A stretch of DNA of 50,972 bases from positions 1 through 50,972 of the IMG/VR virus record IMGVR_UViG_3300020598_000120. The stretch is one strand, 5' to 3'. Position 1 is the first letter of the stretch; every line of letters begins with the position of its first letter. This DNA comes from a virus. Taxonomy: Duplodnaviria > Caudoviricetes. The translations under genes were made by a program, and so were the position numbers. The notes under the pieces are model-generated. The model was not told where the DNA came from. It saw nothing but the letters and a program-made list of their open reading frames with translations, and did no database searches. Below, piece after piece: positions 8,163 through 17,911 of this stretch.

Positions 8163-11100
8163 TCAGGATACGGCGGTGCCGTCCGCCCACGTCCAGGCGG
8201 TGCCATTCGATGTGGCCGTGCGATATCCGCGGTCGCTGACCTTCACCTCACAACCGGTGTTGGCCACGATCGCCGGCAGGGTGGCGACGGTGAACGCTGG
8301 AAGCTTGGTCGGGCCGTTGAGCTGCACCTGCCCCGTGCCGAGCGGCGTCACACCGATGTGGAGGTTCGCGCCCGCCGGGCCTTGTGCGCGGACCTCTGGT
8401 GTGATTGCCCCCGACGCACGCAGCACAAGGGTCGACGGATAGGGCGCCACACCCTTACTGCCCCAGTTGTGGTGGAGCTGCGCCCAATCGCCTGCTGCGC
8501 TGCCCGTCGTGTGTCCGGTGCCCGTGGTGAGGCGAATGAGATCGCCTGCCAGGCCCTCCGGAGATACCGCCGCATCGGTGACGCGTACTCGCATGCCTTT
8601 GACGTACTTCGCTGTGCCGAAGATATCGCTGAGGGCGGACGTGCCGAGGGCAATCTCGCGGAAGCATTGGTTCCGCAACAGGCCGAAGTCAGCCTCCCGG
8701 GGGTCGCAGCCATAGATCTCGTACCACCAAGCATCACCGGGCGCGGGGCAATTGCCGATCCCCTTGTTCGCCGCGCTGAAGCCCACCGCCGCCGGATCGC
8801 ACTGCAGGATATCCCCGCGATGGACGTTCATTCCGGCCGGCACGCCCGTTTCGTTGATCGGCTTCGCGCAGTTCCGGAAGGTGCAGAAGTTGGTGTGAAT
8901 GCCGCCGATGAAGGGTGTGTCGATGGCATAGGGAGCGCCGCCCGACAGCCAGCTCCCGTCCGGCTTGCCGTCCACCAGCCGGCGTTGCGTGGAGGTGCGG
9001 AGCGGGTCCACGTCGAAGGTCACGAAGTTGAAGGTGATGTCCTGCTTCGTGAAGCTGGTCTCCACAGGTGACCAGGCCACCGCACCCTGATTGCCGCCGT
9101 ACAGGGTCCCGTTCGAGAAAACCACCTCTCGGAACAGGTCGTCCTTCAGGCTCGTCGCCGGCTCCTCACTCGGGCGGGTGAGCAGGACGCCCTTGAAGCG
9201 GACATCGATGTCGAAGGAGTCCACCCGGACACGACGAAGTGGGGCGCGGAGTTCCAGACCAATGCCGGAGAGATTGTTCTCCGTCACCGGATAGTCGAGC
9301 CAGCCATAAGGGCCGCCGAAAGCCTTGTAGCGGTTGTCACCACTCGGATCGTCGGCGCGACCGGCAGTTTCGGCCCGCCAGTCCGAGTACTTCGCAACGG
9401 GCTGCCGCGTCCTGCGGATGGCCAGGTGGCCCATCCACACGCCTTCGGATGCCGGGGCGGGCTTGCCTTCGAGGTTGACGCGGAGGTTCCAGTAGTGGCC
9501 CGCCGGGTCAATGGTATAGCCCGTGGCCGGGTCGTTGCGCCCGGGTGGCACCGGTAGCCCGCCGGTCTGCTCCCCTGCCCCCTGCTGGATCATGACGACG
9601 GAGCGATGCCGCGAGGCGGCGCGGTTCTCCGGCGTCGTCGATCCGACATACCAATCCCGTGGCAGAGGGTCATAAACCGACAGGCTGCCGATGGAGAGGC
9701 CGATGTTCGGCGTGTCTCCGGTCCCCGCCGCCGGGGTGGTCACACCGCCATAAAGCGCACATTGGTGGATCCGGTCGCAGACCAGGGTGCCGATCTCGAC
9801 CATCTTGAAGGCAGCGACATTGATGCCGTTGCAGTCCACCAAGGTGACGTTGTCGAGGATCAGCTTCGAGCGCGCCGGTGCGTCGGCCATCTGCTGCGCC
9901 GAGATCGCGTCATCGTTGGTGGACATGATGGTGCCGTTGGTGATGCGGAGGACGTCCGTATCCCAGGCGGCAAAGCCATCCCGGTTGCTCTTGGTGACGC
10001 GGAAGTTGTCCGCGATCACTTCGGAGCAGATGCGCGGCTGCATGGAGAAGGCGCGGCTGCCCTCGGCCTCGAAGTTTCTCAGCTCCAGCCGGCGGACGCA
10101 CTTGGCGACGAACAGCGCCGGCCCCTGCTCGGAGAACAGGAACTGGCCTGGACTGGCGGGATCACCCTTTCCCCAATTGCCCTCGAACTTCACACCATCG
10201 ATGATGAGGTACTCGACGGGGTTGGCCATGAGATCCTGGGTGATCTCGTAGAGTGGCCGCGTATCCCCGTTCGCCACGGCCTGGGCTACGGGATCGAAGA
10301 AGAACAGGTTGTTCTGAGTCCGGCTCGCCGGGTCGCACTGCAAGATGGTCTGCCCGGCCACCCCGAACAGGCTGAAGCGGCTGACCAGCGGCAAAGAGGC
10401 GCCGGAGATGGTGTAGCGACGCGGCCCGAGATAGAGCGGGACCGCAATCTCCTTCGGAAGCTTGGCTCGCTTGATGGCGGCATAGAAGGTCTCTCGGTCG
10501 CTGCGCTCGGTCCCGGCGCCCGGCCCGGAGCCCGGCACCTTGCGGTAATCCTCCAGGTTCACACGATCGGCGAAGCGTTCGGTGATGACGCGTGGGCTGG
10601 CGAGCTCATCGAGGATGCGGTCCTCTCGGTCTGCCTTCGTCGCCACCACTGCCTGTGCCGCGCTCTGACCTGCCGCAGCACCAGCGATCTGGCCGGCCAG
10701 CTGGCCCGCCGCAGCGCCGGCCCCTGGCGCGAGTTGCTGCGTGACCCGCTGGGCGACCACTTGGCTTTCCTCAGCAGCCACTTGCCGTGCCTGGGGAAGA
10801 ACGTGCTCGGCCGCGGCCGCGCTGGCCTTATCCTGGATGTCCCCAAGCGTGGTGCTCAGGGTGTCGAGAGACGCCCCATCATCAGACGAGGTCCGGCCCA
10901 CCACCGGAATCACCGTCTCCTGATCCAGAACCGGAGCGCGCGGGAGATCTGCAATCCGGACGGCTGAGATGAGCCCGCCATTCCCCGTGGCCAGGGCGTA
11001 GTCAGCCTGAGACACCCAGATTGACGCCGGAGGCGGAGGGGCATCGGCCGGGGCGGTCACCACGTCGAAGATCTGCCAGGCGGTCTGCCGCTGCGGAGAC

Positions 11101-11375
11101 AGGCTCTTTAGACGCACAGCGCCTGTCCCTTCCCAATCCGGCTCATAGGCGCAGCGCCAGGTCGCCGCTGCCTCGTCCCACACGCCGGCGATTTCGACCT
11201 GCACACCATCCGGTCGGCGCCAGAGGAAGGTCACCCCCTGCCCCTGTATCGCCGTGCCATCGTCGGTCAGGACTTGACCGCGCGCGTTGACAGTGCCGCC
11301 GATCCAGAAGCGCGGATACACGACATCTTCCGGCCCAACGCCCAGGGCAACGGTCACGGGACTCGAGATGCTCAT
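8163..11375 (-). CDS. Tailspike / receptor-binding protein with beta-helix depolymerase domain
   Basis: 'ERFADRVNLEDY' fibre junction motif followed by beta-helix repeats ('TNDDAIS', 'NFRVTKSNRDGF'); located after baseplate genes. Confidence 0.75.
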   Translation of the reverse strand: MSISSPVTVALGVGPEDVVYPRFWIGGTVNARGQVLTDDGTAIQGQGVTFLWRRPDGVQVEIAGVWDEAAATWRCAYEPDWEGTGAVRLKSLSPQRQTAWQIFDVVTAPADAPPPPASIWVSQADYALATGNGGLISAVRIADLPRAPVLDQETVIPVVGRTSSDDGASLDTLSTTLGDIQDKASAAAAEHVLPQARQVAAEESQVVAQRVTQQLAPGAGAAAGQLAGQIAGAAAGQSAAQAVVATKADREDRILDELASPRVITERFADRVNLEDYRKVPGSGPGAGTERSDRETFYAAIKRAKLPKEIAVPLYLGPRRYTISGASLPLVSRFSLFGVAGQTILQCDPASRTQNNLFFFDPVAQAVANGDTRPLYEITQDLMANPVEYLIIDGVKFEGNWGKGDPASPGQFLFSEQGPALFVAKCVRRLELRNFEAEGSRAFSMQPRICSEVIADNFRVTKSNRDGFAAWDTDVLRITNGTIMSTNDDAISAQQMADAPARSKLILDNVTLVDCNGINVAAFKMVEIGTLVCDRIHQCALYGGVTTPAAGTGDTPNIGLSIGSLSVYDPLPRDWYVGSTTPENRAASRHRSVVMIQQGAGEQTGGLPVPPGRNDPATGYTIDPAGHYWNLRVNLEGKPAPASEGVWMGHLAIRRTRQPVAKYSDWRAETAGRADDPSGDNRYKAFGGPYGWLDYPVTENNLSGIGLELRAPLRRVRVDSFDIDVRFKGVLLTRPSEEPATSLKDDLFREVVFSNGTLYGGNQGAVAWSPVETSFTKQDITFNFVTFDVDPLRTSTQRRLVDGKPDGSWLSGGAPYAIDTPFIGGIHTNFCTFRNCAKPINETGVPAGMNVHRGDILQCDPAAVGFSAANKGIGNCPAPGDAWWYEIYGCDPREADFGLLRNQCFREIALGTSALSDIFGTAKYVKGMRVRVTDAAVSPEGLAGDLIRLTTGTGHTTGSAAGDWAQLHHNWGSKGVAPYPSTLVLRASGAITPEVRAQGPAGANLHIGVTPLGTGQVQLNGPTKLPAFTVATLPAIVANTGCEVKVSDRGYRTATSNGTAWTWADGTAVS

Positions 11376-11475
11376 GCGCGATCTCCAACGACGATCGCCG
11401 CGGCGCCCTTCGGCCCGCGGGGTCGTCATGCGCGATGTTTGAGGTGATCAGGCGGCTGGGGCGGGGTCGCCGGTA

Positions 11476-11931
11476 TCAGCGGCCGAGAATCTCGTCGGCG
11501 CGTTCGCGCGTCAGCAGGCCGGCCGCGACCACGATATCGAACCCGGCCAGCAGGTCGGGGTCGCCCAGAAAGACGTAGCCGGCGGACCCGATATCGTCGA
11601 TGAAGATGCGCAGCGCGGCATCCCCGTTACTCAGGGCCTGGTGCGCAGCCAGGGTGATGCGCGCCTTCTCCTCGGCGGTCCACCGCTTGCGGAACTCCAG
11701 CGGCGACATCGTAGGCGGCAGCTCCGGCACCGGGATCGGCGGCGGCGGCGCGACGAAGGTGTTGCCCTCCTGAGTCCAGCCCGCCTCGATAGTGTCGGCC
11801 AGGTCCGGCGGCGCCTCGGTGTACATTGCGATGACGAATTCGGGAAAGCGCTCCTCCAGCGGCGGCTCGTCGTCTGCGATGCGCAGCACCTCAACGACGG
11901 TGCTATTCTCGACGCGGATAAAGACCTTCAT
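11476..11931 (-). CDS. Tail fibre assembly-like protein
   Basis: 'GWTQEGNTFVAPPPP...LEFRKRWT.EE...GLLTRERADEIL'; follows the fibre gene. Confidence 0.65.
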   Translation of the reverse strand: MKVFIRVENSTVVEVLRIADDEPPLEERFPEFVIAMYTEAPPDLADTIEAGWTQEGNTFVAPPPPIPVPELPPTMSPLEFRKRWTAEEKARITLAAHQALSNGDAALRIFIDDIGSAGYVFLGDPDLLAGFDIVVAAGLLTRERADEILGR

Positions 11932-11933
11932 GC

Positions 11934-12764
11934 CTACCACTCCACAATGACCAGGCCGTCGTTTCCCATGCCGCCGACGCCGCCCTGCGCGCCGCCGCTA
12001 CCGCCCGCGCCCGGAAAGGCGCCGTTGTGGCCCGAGGTGCCCAGATTCGGCCCTGCTCGCGCGCCGCCCCAGGCCGCGCCGCCGAATCCACCGGCGGGTG
12101 CGCCGTTGTCGTAGGTCTGACCGATGCCGCCGCCCGAGCCAGTGATGAGGAGGGGCAGGCCATAGCCAGCCCCGCCGCCGCCGGCCGTCGAGCCAGGGCC
12201 GCTGGTGCCGCCCGTGCCGCCGCCGCCGCCGAGCGCGCCGAAGTTGGAACCATAGGAGGACGCACCGCCGCTGCCGCCGGTTCCCGGCGTGGTGCCGTTC
12301 GTGCCGCCGGCCCCGCCCTTGCCCACGGTGATCGCGACCGACTGGCCCGGCACGGCGGCGAGGACACCTTCGGCATAGCCGCCGCCGCCGCCGCCCGCGC
12401 CGCTGGAGCCCGGCCCCCAGGACCCGCCGCCGCCGCCGCCCGCACCCCAGATGCGCACAAGAACGCTGGTCACCCCCGCCGGAGTGATGAAAGTGCCGTT
12501 GGCCCGGAAATAGCTTCGGTGCGGCGCGAACAGCGTGCGCAGCGCGGCCAGCAGCTGCGCATTGTTATTGCCGTCCAGAGCTATGCCGGCCGCCAGGATC
12601 GGCGCAACCAGTTCTTCCTGGATCCGATTGTACTGGTCCGCGTCGAAGACGCTGGCTTCCTGACCGCCGGCCGGATCGCCCCGGCTGGCAAAGCCCGGCG
12701 TGCCCAAGGCAGCCAGAGCGGTAGGCAGCGCAGCGACCTGCGTGCCGTTGGCGAGACGCCGCAT
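11934..12764 (-). CDS. Short tail fibre with glycine-rich domain
   Basis: Mu/SfV-type N-terminus 'YNRIQEEL...AQLLAAL' and Gly-rich domain ending 'GLVIVEW'. Confidence 0.8.
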   Translation of the reverse strand: MRRLANGTQVAALPTALAALGTPGFASRGDPAGGQEASVFDADQYNRIQEELVAPILAAGIALDGNNNAQLLAALRTLFAPHRSYFRANGTFITPAGVTSVLVRIWGAGGGGGGSWGPGSSGAGGGGGGYAEGVLAAVPGQSVAITVGKGGAGGTNGTTPGTGGSGGASSYGSNFGALGGGGGTGGTSGPGSTAGGGGAGYGLPLLITGSGGGIGQTYDNGAPAGGFGGAAWGGARAGPNLGTSGHNGAFPGAGGSGGAQGGVGGMGNDGLVIVEW

Positions 12765-12773
12765 GATAGATCC

Positions 12774-13370
12774 TCAGATGTATTGGAAGAGCAGGATGGT
12801 GTGGGCCGGCGTAACGGCGCGCAGCTCGCATTCCAGGACGTCATTGCCCCAGGTGCGGAACCGCTCGCCGAAGCTGCTCAGCCCAAAGCGGAAGGGTGTG
12901 ATGGTGGTGGCCGGGGCGCGGATAGCCCAGACATGCGCCCACTCGGGACCCTGCATGCGGTCGCCGAAACGCATCACGCCGAGCCGTGCCGGCGCATACT
13001 CCCGCACCGTCACCTCGTAGCCGAGCCGCGCAGCGCGCTCGATCATGTAGGGCACCGACTGACCACCTCGTGCGGTCAGCCGGGCAACCACCTGGGCGCG
13101 CCGCTGCTGCAGGGTGGGGGCTTCCCCGGCGCAGGGATCAGGAAGACCGAGTGAGAACTCCCACTCTGGCAGCAGCTCGAAGGCCGTGGCGGGGAAGGCG
13201 TCGGTTAGGAGGTTCGCATCCCGCGCCGCCAGGCGCTCATAGGTCGGCACCAGGCCCGCCAGGGCGCGCTCCATATCGGACCCGACCTCACGCGGCCAGA
13301 CCCGCCCCCGTGGCAGCAAACCCTTGAAGAGCTCCAGGAGCCTCGCGGCTGTGAGATTGAGAACTGCCAT
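12774..13370 (-). CDS. Baseplate protein YmfQ/DUF2313 (Mu gp48-like)
   Basis: 'LLPRGRVWP...LLPEWE..LGLPD.C...LECEL...PAHT'. Confidence 0.9.
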   Translation of the reverse strand: MAVLNLTAARLLELFKGLLPRGRVWPREVGSDMERALAGLVPTYERLAARDANLLTDAFPATAFELLPEWEFSLGLPDPCAGEAPTLQQRRAQVVARLTARGGQSVPYMIERAARLGYEVTVREYAPARLGVMRFGDRMQGPEWAHVWAIRAPATTITPFRFGLSSFGERFRTWGNDVLECELRAVTPAHTILLFQYI

Positions 13371-13372
13371 GG

Positions 13373-14485
13373 CTATGAAGTCGCCGATAGTGAGCGCAGG
13401 CGCGGGAAATGCCCCGGCTCGGTGCTGATCGGAGCGATCGGCTGGGCCACGGTGAAGTGCTTGATGCCCGAGACTGATTTGACCGCTTCATTCCAGTCCG
13501 ACGGATAGATGGTGCCGCCTGCGGCCGTCCCCAGCCGAACGAACATGTCTCGCAAGGCCTCTTCGATAGCCGCCTTCATTGTCGGCGTGGCTGGCGTGAG
13601 GTCATCCAGAACGAAGTCATAGTCATCTGCGATGGGCGCGCAGGCATAGACCAGGGCGGTGACGGGCCGAAGCGGATAGATATAGTTCGCGACGATGAGC
13701 TGATCTCCCGTCGCTGGAACCGCCCGAGTTTCCTGGCTCGCGACACCATCCGTGCCCTGCGGGAAGCCATCACCGGAGGCGCGCACCTCATCGAGCATGA
13801 TGTAGACGACGACAGTTCCAGCGCCCGCCCCATTGGGCACGCACCACGCCCTTGTCACGCCAGGGACTTCCTTGGCCCAGCGGACATAGTCCGTCGCTGA
13901 GCCCCCCTGCGGGGGCTCGGCATAAGCCTCGAGGTAACGAGCCTTGAATTCTTCCTGCTTCTCCTGATCAGCACCGCCGGTCAGGGCGACGGTGCTGAGG
14001 GTCTTGGACGTCACCCCGGTGATGGCATTGACCAGGTAGAAGGCCGTGTTCGCATCGGTGTTTCCGATCGAACCCGCCTCAGCTGCCCGAATGGCGACGG
14101 TCAGTGTCCCCGCACTCCACACCCCCTCGGAGATCGCGACATACTGGACTCCATCGGAGCGCGCGATCATCGTGCCGGCCGGGATCGAGGCGCCTACCTC
14201 CGCGGCGAAGATCAGGGTCCCGGTGGCCCGGGTCGCATCCTTGCGCTCCACTCCCTTCAGGGCACCCCAGCCCGCGGCGTACTCGTCCTCCGCCGACCAT
14301 GGCACAGCCTGCTTGGCGATGTAGTCCTGATACCCGTAATGCAGGTAGGCGAAGCCGGCCTGCACCGTCGCCAGGACCCGTAGGATGGCCCGCCGAAGCA
14401 GCCCGCTCTCACCCTGCGTCTCGCTGGTGATATCCTGGAGCGCGCGCTGCCGCAGCTCTGCCAGGGTGGGGCGCGCATAGGGCAT
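13373..14485 (-). CDS. Baseplate J / Mu gp47-like wedge protein
   Basis: 'RPTLAEL', 'GGADQE', 'PPQGGS.TDYVRWAKEVPGVTRAW'. Confidence 0.92.
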   Translation of the reverse strand: MPYARPTLAELRQRALQDITSETQGESGLLRRAILRVLATVQAGFAYLHYGYQDYIAKQAVPWSAEDEYAAGWGALKGVERKDATRATGTLIFAAEVGASIPAGTMIARSDGVQYVAISEGVWSAGTLTVAIRAAEAGSIGNTDANTAFYLVNAITGVTSKTLSTVALTGGADQEKQEEFKARYLEAYAEPPQGGSATDYVRWAKEVPGVTRAWCVPNGAGAGTVVVYIMLDEVRASGDGFPQGTDGVASQETRAVPATGDQLIVANYIYPLRPVTALVYACAPIADDYDFVLDDLTPATPTMKAAIEEALRDMFVRLGTAAGGTIYPSDWNEAVKSVSGIKHFTVAQPIAPISTEPGHFPRLRSLSATS

Positions 14486-14487
14486 GC

Positions 14488-14937
14488 TTAAACTCCGTCC
14501 CAGGCCCAGGCGAACTGGAGGCCTGATCGGCTTCCGTCGGGCTGGGTGATCTGGATGCCGAGGGCGATTGTTGTCGGATTGAGCCAGCCCGCCTGCACAT
14601 CGACACTGCTGGCGACACCGTCCACCAGGAGCCAGTCGAGGGATTCCCGGGCAGCCTGCTGCACGCTCAGCAGAAGGGCGGCGCCGTCAGATTTCTTCGC
14701 CCGCTCGTACTGCCAGATGCGGGAGCCGATCTGATCATCGGCGTAGGTGTCACCCCACCATCCACGCAGATCGTCGGTGCCATCCGTGGGCACGAAATCC
14801 TCGGCAGCGCGGCGGTCCGTGAAGAGGGATACCAACACCGCCGTGGCAAGATCGTCGCCGGCCAGCACGTCGCCGTCCCGGAGCACCCAGTCGCCGCGCC
14901 CATTCCGGGCATCCCACCGGACAGCGATGTCGGTCAT
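14488..14937 (-). CDS. Phage GP46 family protein
   Basis: 'LATAVLVSLFTDRRA...RGWWGD...IGSRIW'. Confidence 0.92.
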   Translation of the reverse strand: MTDIAVRWDARNGRGDWVLRDGDVLAGDDLATAVLVSLFTDRRAAEDFVPTDGTDDLRGWWGDTYADDQIGSRIWQYERAKKSDGAALLLSVQQAARESLDWLLVDGVASSVDVQAGWLNPTTIALGIQITQPDGSRSGLQFAWAWDGV

Positions 14938-15443
14938 GGGCCGCCTCCCCGCAGCCCTCCCGTTAGATGGGCGGGCGTCATCTTCTGGATCGGCGCGCCG
15001 GAGATGCCGTCCGGGGTTGGATGCGTGTGCGCGTTGAACAGTTCCACAAAGACATCCGTCACCAGCTTCCGCAGCGTTTCCCCTGGCGCGGCGGCCAGGA
15101 TCGTCCCGTCATTGGCGCAGAGCACCTTGCTGCCGAGGGCGTCGTACAGAACCGACTGTCCGGGGAGCAGCCCACGAGGCCGGGCTTCCGGGTACACCAT
15201 GGCGAGGATCACCCCGCCGGAGCCATCGCCGGCGACCGACATCCTGACGACAGAGGAGCCCTCCGGCGCCGAGGAGGAGAACCCGAAGGAATGCACCACC
15301 GGCAGGCCGTCGACCGTCTGCAGGTCATTGATCTTGATCTGCACTACCTGCACTGGCCCACTGTCATCCGGCTTGGTGGAGGAGCGGCCGAAGCCGAAGG
15401 CGTGCTGGACCCTGCGCATGATGCGCTCGCCCATGCTTGGCAT
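14934..15443 (-). CDS. Baseplate spike, Mu gp45 / gpV-like
   Basis: 'FGFSS.AP.G', 'RPRGLLPGQSVLYD', 'NAHTH' metal-binding tip motif. Confidence 0.85.
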   Translation of the reverse strand: MPSMGERIMRRVQHAFGFGRSSTKPDDSGPVQVVQIKINDLQTVDGLPVVHSFGFSSSAPEGSSVVRMSVAGDGSGGVILAMVYPEARPRGLLPGQSVLYDALGSKVLCANDGTILAAAPGETLRKLVTDVFVELFNAHTHPTPDGISGAPIQKMTPAHLTGGLRGGGP

Positions 15444-15454
15444 ACGGTCGCCTT

Positions 15455-16570
15455 TCAGGAAGCAGCGGCCGCCCCCGCAGGGCCGGCCTGGTAGATCTGG
15501 AACAGCCCATTGGTCAGGGCGCTCGGCGCCGGCTCGAAGGCCTCCGGCGGGGTCAGAATGACATCGGCATGAGTGCCGTCCTCACCGCGGCGGAAAGTGA
15601 CCTCGCCAATCAGCCAGGAGCGGTGCTCAATCTTGATCTGCGGCGCGTGCACGTACGCCCGCGCATTCGGCTCCCACAGCTTCCCTGCGCTGTCACGCCA
15701 GGAGTCGCAGGTCAGCGCGATCGATTGGCTTCGGCCGTTGCGGCGGTTCATCTCCCAGATGGCTCGGTCCTCGGCGATATCGCGACCATCCACGATCTGC
15801 TCCGAGACGAACCCATGCGGCCGGAACTCCACCATGGACGGGTCGCTGACCTGCGCATGCGTCCAGCCCGTTGTGCCGCCGGCCTGAGGAATGCCGGTCA
15901 GGGCATCCACTGAGGTCCAGACCACGTAGTAGTCGCTGAAGCGCTCATCCACGGTTAGCGACACGCTGGCAGCTTCTATGTTCTCGCCGAGCACGAAGCC
16001 ACTTGCCATGGAGCCCGAGCCGGCGCGGGCCAGGATCAGGTTGCCATCGGTGCCTTCGTAGGCCAGCACCTGCCGGTAGCGCGCGACGCGATCGATGACT
16101 TCGAAAGGCGTCTCGCCGAAGTTGATATTGAACTGCGGGATGATGTTCCCCGCTTCCTCATCCCGGCGGGTGACCGAGATGCCGAACGGTGCCGCCAGGT
16201 CGCCGGCGATTTTGAGGGCGTCGCCTCCACTGATCTGCATGAAGGTGCTCCCGTCCTGCCGGATGCCGGCAGAACAGTCGACCAGGTTGCGGCACTTCCC
16301 CCGCCCCTGCACCCGAACCGTATGACCCTCAGGGGAAATCGCGGCTTGGTAGCGGTCGATGCGCCCGGTCAGCACCACGTCTTCGCCGAGCATCACCGCG
16401 CACTCCTGGCCCGGTCCGACGGGCAGCAGATCCGCCTGGCCGGGGTAGATCTCGGTGAGGGAGATATCAAAATCGGAGGGCATCCTCTCGAGACCCCGCG
16501 TGATGCGGATCCGCTGCCAACCGCCAAAGGCCCGGCTGCCAACCACCAGGCTCAGGTCGCCATCCGCCAT
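15455..16570 (-). CDS. Baseplate hub protein, Mu gp44 (gpP)-like
   Basis: 'GWQRIRITRGLE', 'GRGKCRNLVDCS', 'LWEPN'. Confidence 0.9.
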   Translation of the reverse strand: MADGDLSLVVGSRAFGGWQRIRITRGLERMPSDFDISLTEIYPGQADLLPVGPGQECAVMLGEDVVLTGRIDRYQAAISPEGHTVRVQGRGKCRNLVDCSAGIRQDGSTFMQISGGDALKIAGDLAAPFGISVTRRDEEAGNIIPQFNINFGETPFEVIDRVARYRQVLAYEGTDGNLILARAGSGSMASGFVLGENIEAASVSLTVDERFSDYYVVWTSVDALTGIPQAGGTTGWTHAQVSDPSMVEFRPHGFVSEQIVDGRDIAEDRAIWEMNRRNGRSQSIALTCDSWRDSAGKLWEPNARAYVHAPQIKIEHRSWLIGEVTFRRGEDGTHADVILTPPEAFEPAPSALTNGLFQIYQAGPAGAAAAS

Positions 16571-16591
16571 AGCTCCCTCTCTCCTGCTGCC

Positions 16592-17899
16592 TCAGGCCGT
16601 GAGTGCCTGGAACTCAGTCGGCATGAAGCCCGGATGCGGAGGATTGGCCCGGCGCGTCAGTTCATCTGCCCGCGCGGCGTCGGCGTAGAGCTGATACGCC
16701 GCGACCAGGGATGGGAGCGCCTGCCGGGTCCGGACCCAGCGCAGGCGCGGCAACGGCTGCCCCCGTGCGGCGAGATCGTCCATCACCAGCGTCCGCAGAT
16801 GGCTGAGTGCGGGATAACGCGAGCTGGACACCGCCGGCCCGATGCGCAGCTCCTCCGCCCGCATCAAGCTGGTCACCTGCTCCTGCAGAGCAGACGCCTC
16901 CTCATAGGAGGAGGGCTGGAACTCCGTGCAGGCGACAGCCAAGGAGCAAAGCGCCGCCTGTCGGCAGGCCGCTGCCGTTGCCTCCCGGGCGGCATTCAGG
17001 GCGCTGCCCAACGGAGCGTCGGTCGGCACCACGGCGACCGTGTAAGCGGCCTGCATCGCCAGCAGACGCACCGCATCCGCCGGGTCGGCACAGGCACTGC
17101 GGAGTGCTTCGCTGACGCCGAAGGCCGCGGGAACCAGTTTTTCTTCCTCGCCCGATGCCGCCAAGCTCGCCATCTGATCTGCGGCGAGCTCCACCACGGT
17201 GCGAGCGGCCACGACGGCGTCGAGCGCACCACGCACTGACACTTGCCCCGGCACGCCGTGGGCTCGGTTTCCCCGGCTGTACCGGCCGTAGGTCCCGCTC
17301 TCCGGGGTGAGGCCCTTCACCGCGCCGGTGGTCAACCCTGTATCCCGAGCTAGAGACCGGGCGAGATCGCTCCATTCGGAGACGGTCGCCTGCACCGATG
17401 TGAGGATCCCGGCCCCCAGAACGGCCGCGCCCACCAGCTCGCCCACGAAGGAGTCGCCGATGGCGCCCAGGGTTCGGTCAATGGCGGCCAGCACGGCGGA
17501 AACCGTCTCCGAGGAGCTGCTCGGATATGTCGGGTCCAGCGTTTCGGCGAACTCGAACTGCAGCTCAACCAGGTTGCCGCGTTCCGCGCGCTCGAGCAGC
17601 CGCACCGGCGCCACCAGGGCGACCCGTATGATCCCCAACGAGGGATGGACGAGCGTCCCGGGCCCGGCGACCTCGCAAGCGCGCAGCATCAGCTTGGCGC
17701 GGGCATAGGCTCCATCACCAACCAGGAAGCCGGAGAAGGTCACCCGGCGTTCGAAGCGGCCGAGATCCTCGACCCAGACGCTGTTGCGGTACGGATAGCT
17801 GTGCACCGCCGTGCGCCGCCCGCCCCCGTACTCCGAACCCCGCACCCCGAAAGGGATGCCGCGCCAGGAGGCGGGCAGCAGCAGGTCATACCAAGCCAT
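16592..17899 (-). CDS. DNA circularization protein (Mu gpN-like)
   Basis: 'ASWRGIPF...GRRTAVHSYPYRN..VEDLGR...GTLVHP' and C-terminal 'NPPHPGFMP'. Confidence 0.9.
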   Translation of the reverse strand: MAWYDLLLPASWRGIPFGVRGSEYGGGRRTAVHSYPYRNSVWVEDLGRFERRVTFSGFLVGDGAYARAKLMLRACEVAGPGTLVHPSLGIIRVALVAPVRLLERAERGNLVELQFEFAETLDPTYPSSSSETVSAVLAAIDRTLGAIGDSFVGELVGAAVLGAGILTSVQATVSEWSDLARSLARDTGLTTGAVKGLTPESGTYGRYSRGNRAHGVPGQVSVRGALDAVVAARTVVELAADQMASLAASGEEEKLVPAAFGVSEALRSACADPADAVRLLAMQAAYTVAVVPTDAPLGSALNAAREATAAACRQAALCSLAVACTEFQPSSYEEASALQEQVTSLMRAEELRIGPAVSSSRYPALSHLRTLVMDDLAARGQPLPRLRWVRTRQALPSLVAAYQLYADAARADELTRRANPPHPGFMPTEFQALTA

Positions 17900-17911
17900 T
17901 CTGTCCTCCTC

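Noticed and set aside
11960-12450. GCC/GGC-rich repetitive DNA
   Set aside because: Explained by the glycine-rich fibre domain; not a CRISPR array or VNTR
8163-12764. Diversity-generating retroelement or invertible tail-fibre cassette
   Set aside because: No reverse transcriptase, no TR/VR repeat pair and no inverted fibre copy seen; the only serine recombinase is in the other element about 37 kb away
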